Source of the DNA: Hemiscyllium ocellatum
Taxonomy: Eukaryota
Length of the DNA: 64,000 nt
Reading direction: 5' to 3'
NCBI RefSeq assembly: GCF_020745735.1
Contig: NC_083409.1
Location: forward strand, 5,693,534-5,757,533
In this document: piece by piece, positions 63,201 to 64,000 of the stretch
How the letters are laid out: every line of letters begins with the position of its first letter
Numbering within the stretch: position 1 is the first letter of the stretch
Program-made: the position numbers and the translations under genes
The notes under the pieces: generated by a model
Database searches by the model: none
The model's input: the letters and a program-made list of their open reading frames with translations, nothing else
What the model was told of the DNA's origin: nothing

Positions 63201-64000
63201 CTGCTGTTGAATTGAATTCTCGGGCGCCAGCTTCAGATGAAGAGCCTGTTCTCATTCTTTTGTCGGAGTTCATGCGGCAGTTGCTGCTTCCTTGCTACGT
63301 CACTGATCAAACCAACGATGCAGAAAGCCTCTTGATATTTTAAATGCACTGTCTGCAGGAAAATGTTTGACTGCTGTTTTAATATTGTTAGATAAGATAA
63401 TTACGTCAATACACCAGTGCCGTTTACGGCTCAGAACATTTAACATTATGGTCCAACTTTTAAATGGATCCTAACTCGTGATCATATATTTTACAATGTT
63501 TCTCTCCCCTGACGTGTTATGAAGATCTTGCAAACGTGTTTTGATGAGGAAAGTGCATCTTCAACAATGTGTGACGGAGTGGGTGTCTGCTTGAACTCTC
63601 GCTTGTTTTAAATGTGTCAATGTTACTTTCCTCACTCTCTGGATGGTGTCGCTGTCATTGACTCCACACCACCCTTCACTCTCGGGGTGATACCATTTTT
63701 AGCATCCTTTCTGTCTGAGAATGCCCCTGTTCTTGTCCCCCTCTCTCAGGGACTGGGTGGGTGTTTCACATGCATCTGGTTTGTTAGTTTCATTTATTCT
63801 CTTGTAAAATGGATAGCCACTGTTTTAGTCTGGTAACAGTGAGTTAAAGCCCGGCACAGTTCACCCTTCATTTCCATCATATCTCAGGACGTAAGGATGG
63901 TCAGTTCTGTATGGGCCCAGAACAATGCCACCACTTCACATAGTTTTCCCTCTTTCCTATGTTTACTGAACACCTGATATCCAGAAATCCCCACTCCCGC

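Larger units (their letters stand above)
38060..64000 (+). repeat. Segmental duplication unit C (J-C intron, C exon, 3' flank), inverted relative to A and B
   Basis: Reverse-complement matches, e.g. 42025-42130 to 13095-13200, 52560-52700 to 6930-7070, 55660-56250 to 4300-4830, 63230-63480 to 1-260. Confidence 0.85.

Overview
Cartilaginous-fish (shark) genomic DNA, probably a carpet shark; this is inferred from HE1-type SINEs, CR1/HER1 LINEs and the Ig sequence type. The window holds a decaying kappa-type (type III/NS4-like) immunoglobulin light-chain cluster array. It is made of three paralogous units. Unit A (minus strand, about 1-15922) has a C exon pseudogene at 6134-6472 and no V or J. 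Unit B (minus strand, about 25800-36500) has a leader, a V pseudogene with 12-RSS and a J with 23-RSS, but its C exon and about 6 kb of flank are replaced by a Penelope-like fragment. Unit C (plus strand, about 38060-64000) has an open C exon at 54451-54779 and no visible V or J; it ends at an assembly gap. No unit is complete in the assembled sequence. The rest is mostly CR1/HER1 LINE fragments, HE1 SINEs, Penelope-like elements and their foldback derivatives, one L1/Tx1 fragment, a 44-bp minisatellite and simple repeats. Many Penelope-derived ends carry a minimal hammerhead-ribozyme-like motif. Most ORFs in the supplied track are repeat-derived or spurious. Repeat boundaries were read by eye and are approximate. 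I found no unambiguous new protein-coding system; the best leads are Penelope-associated loss of cluster parts, the hammerhead-like motifs and the conserved non-coding blocks.
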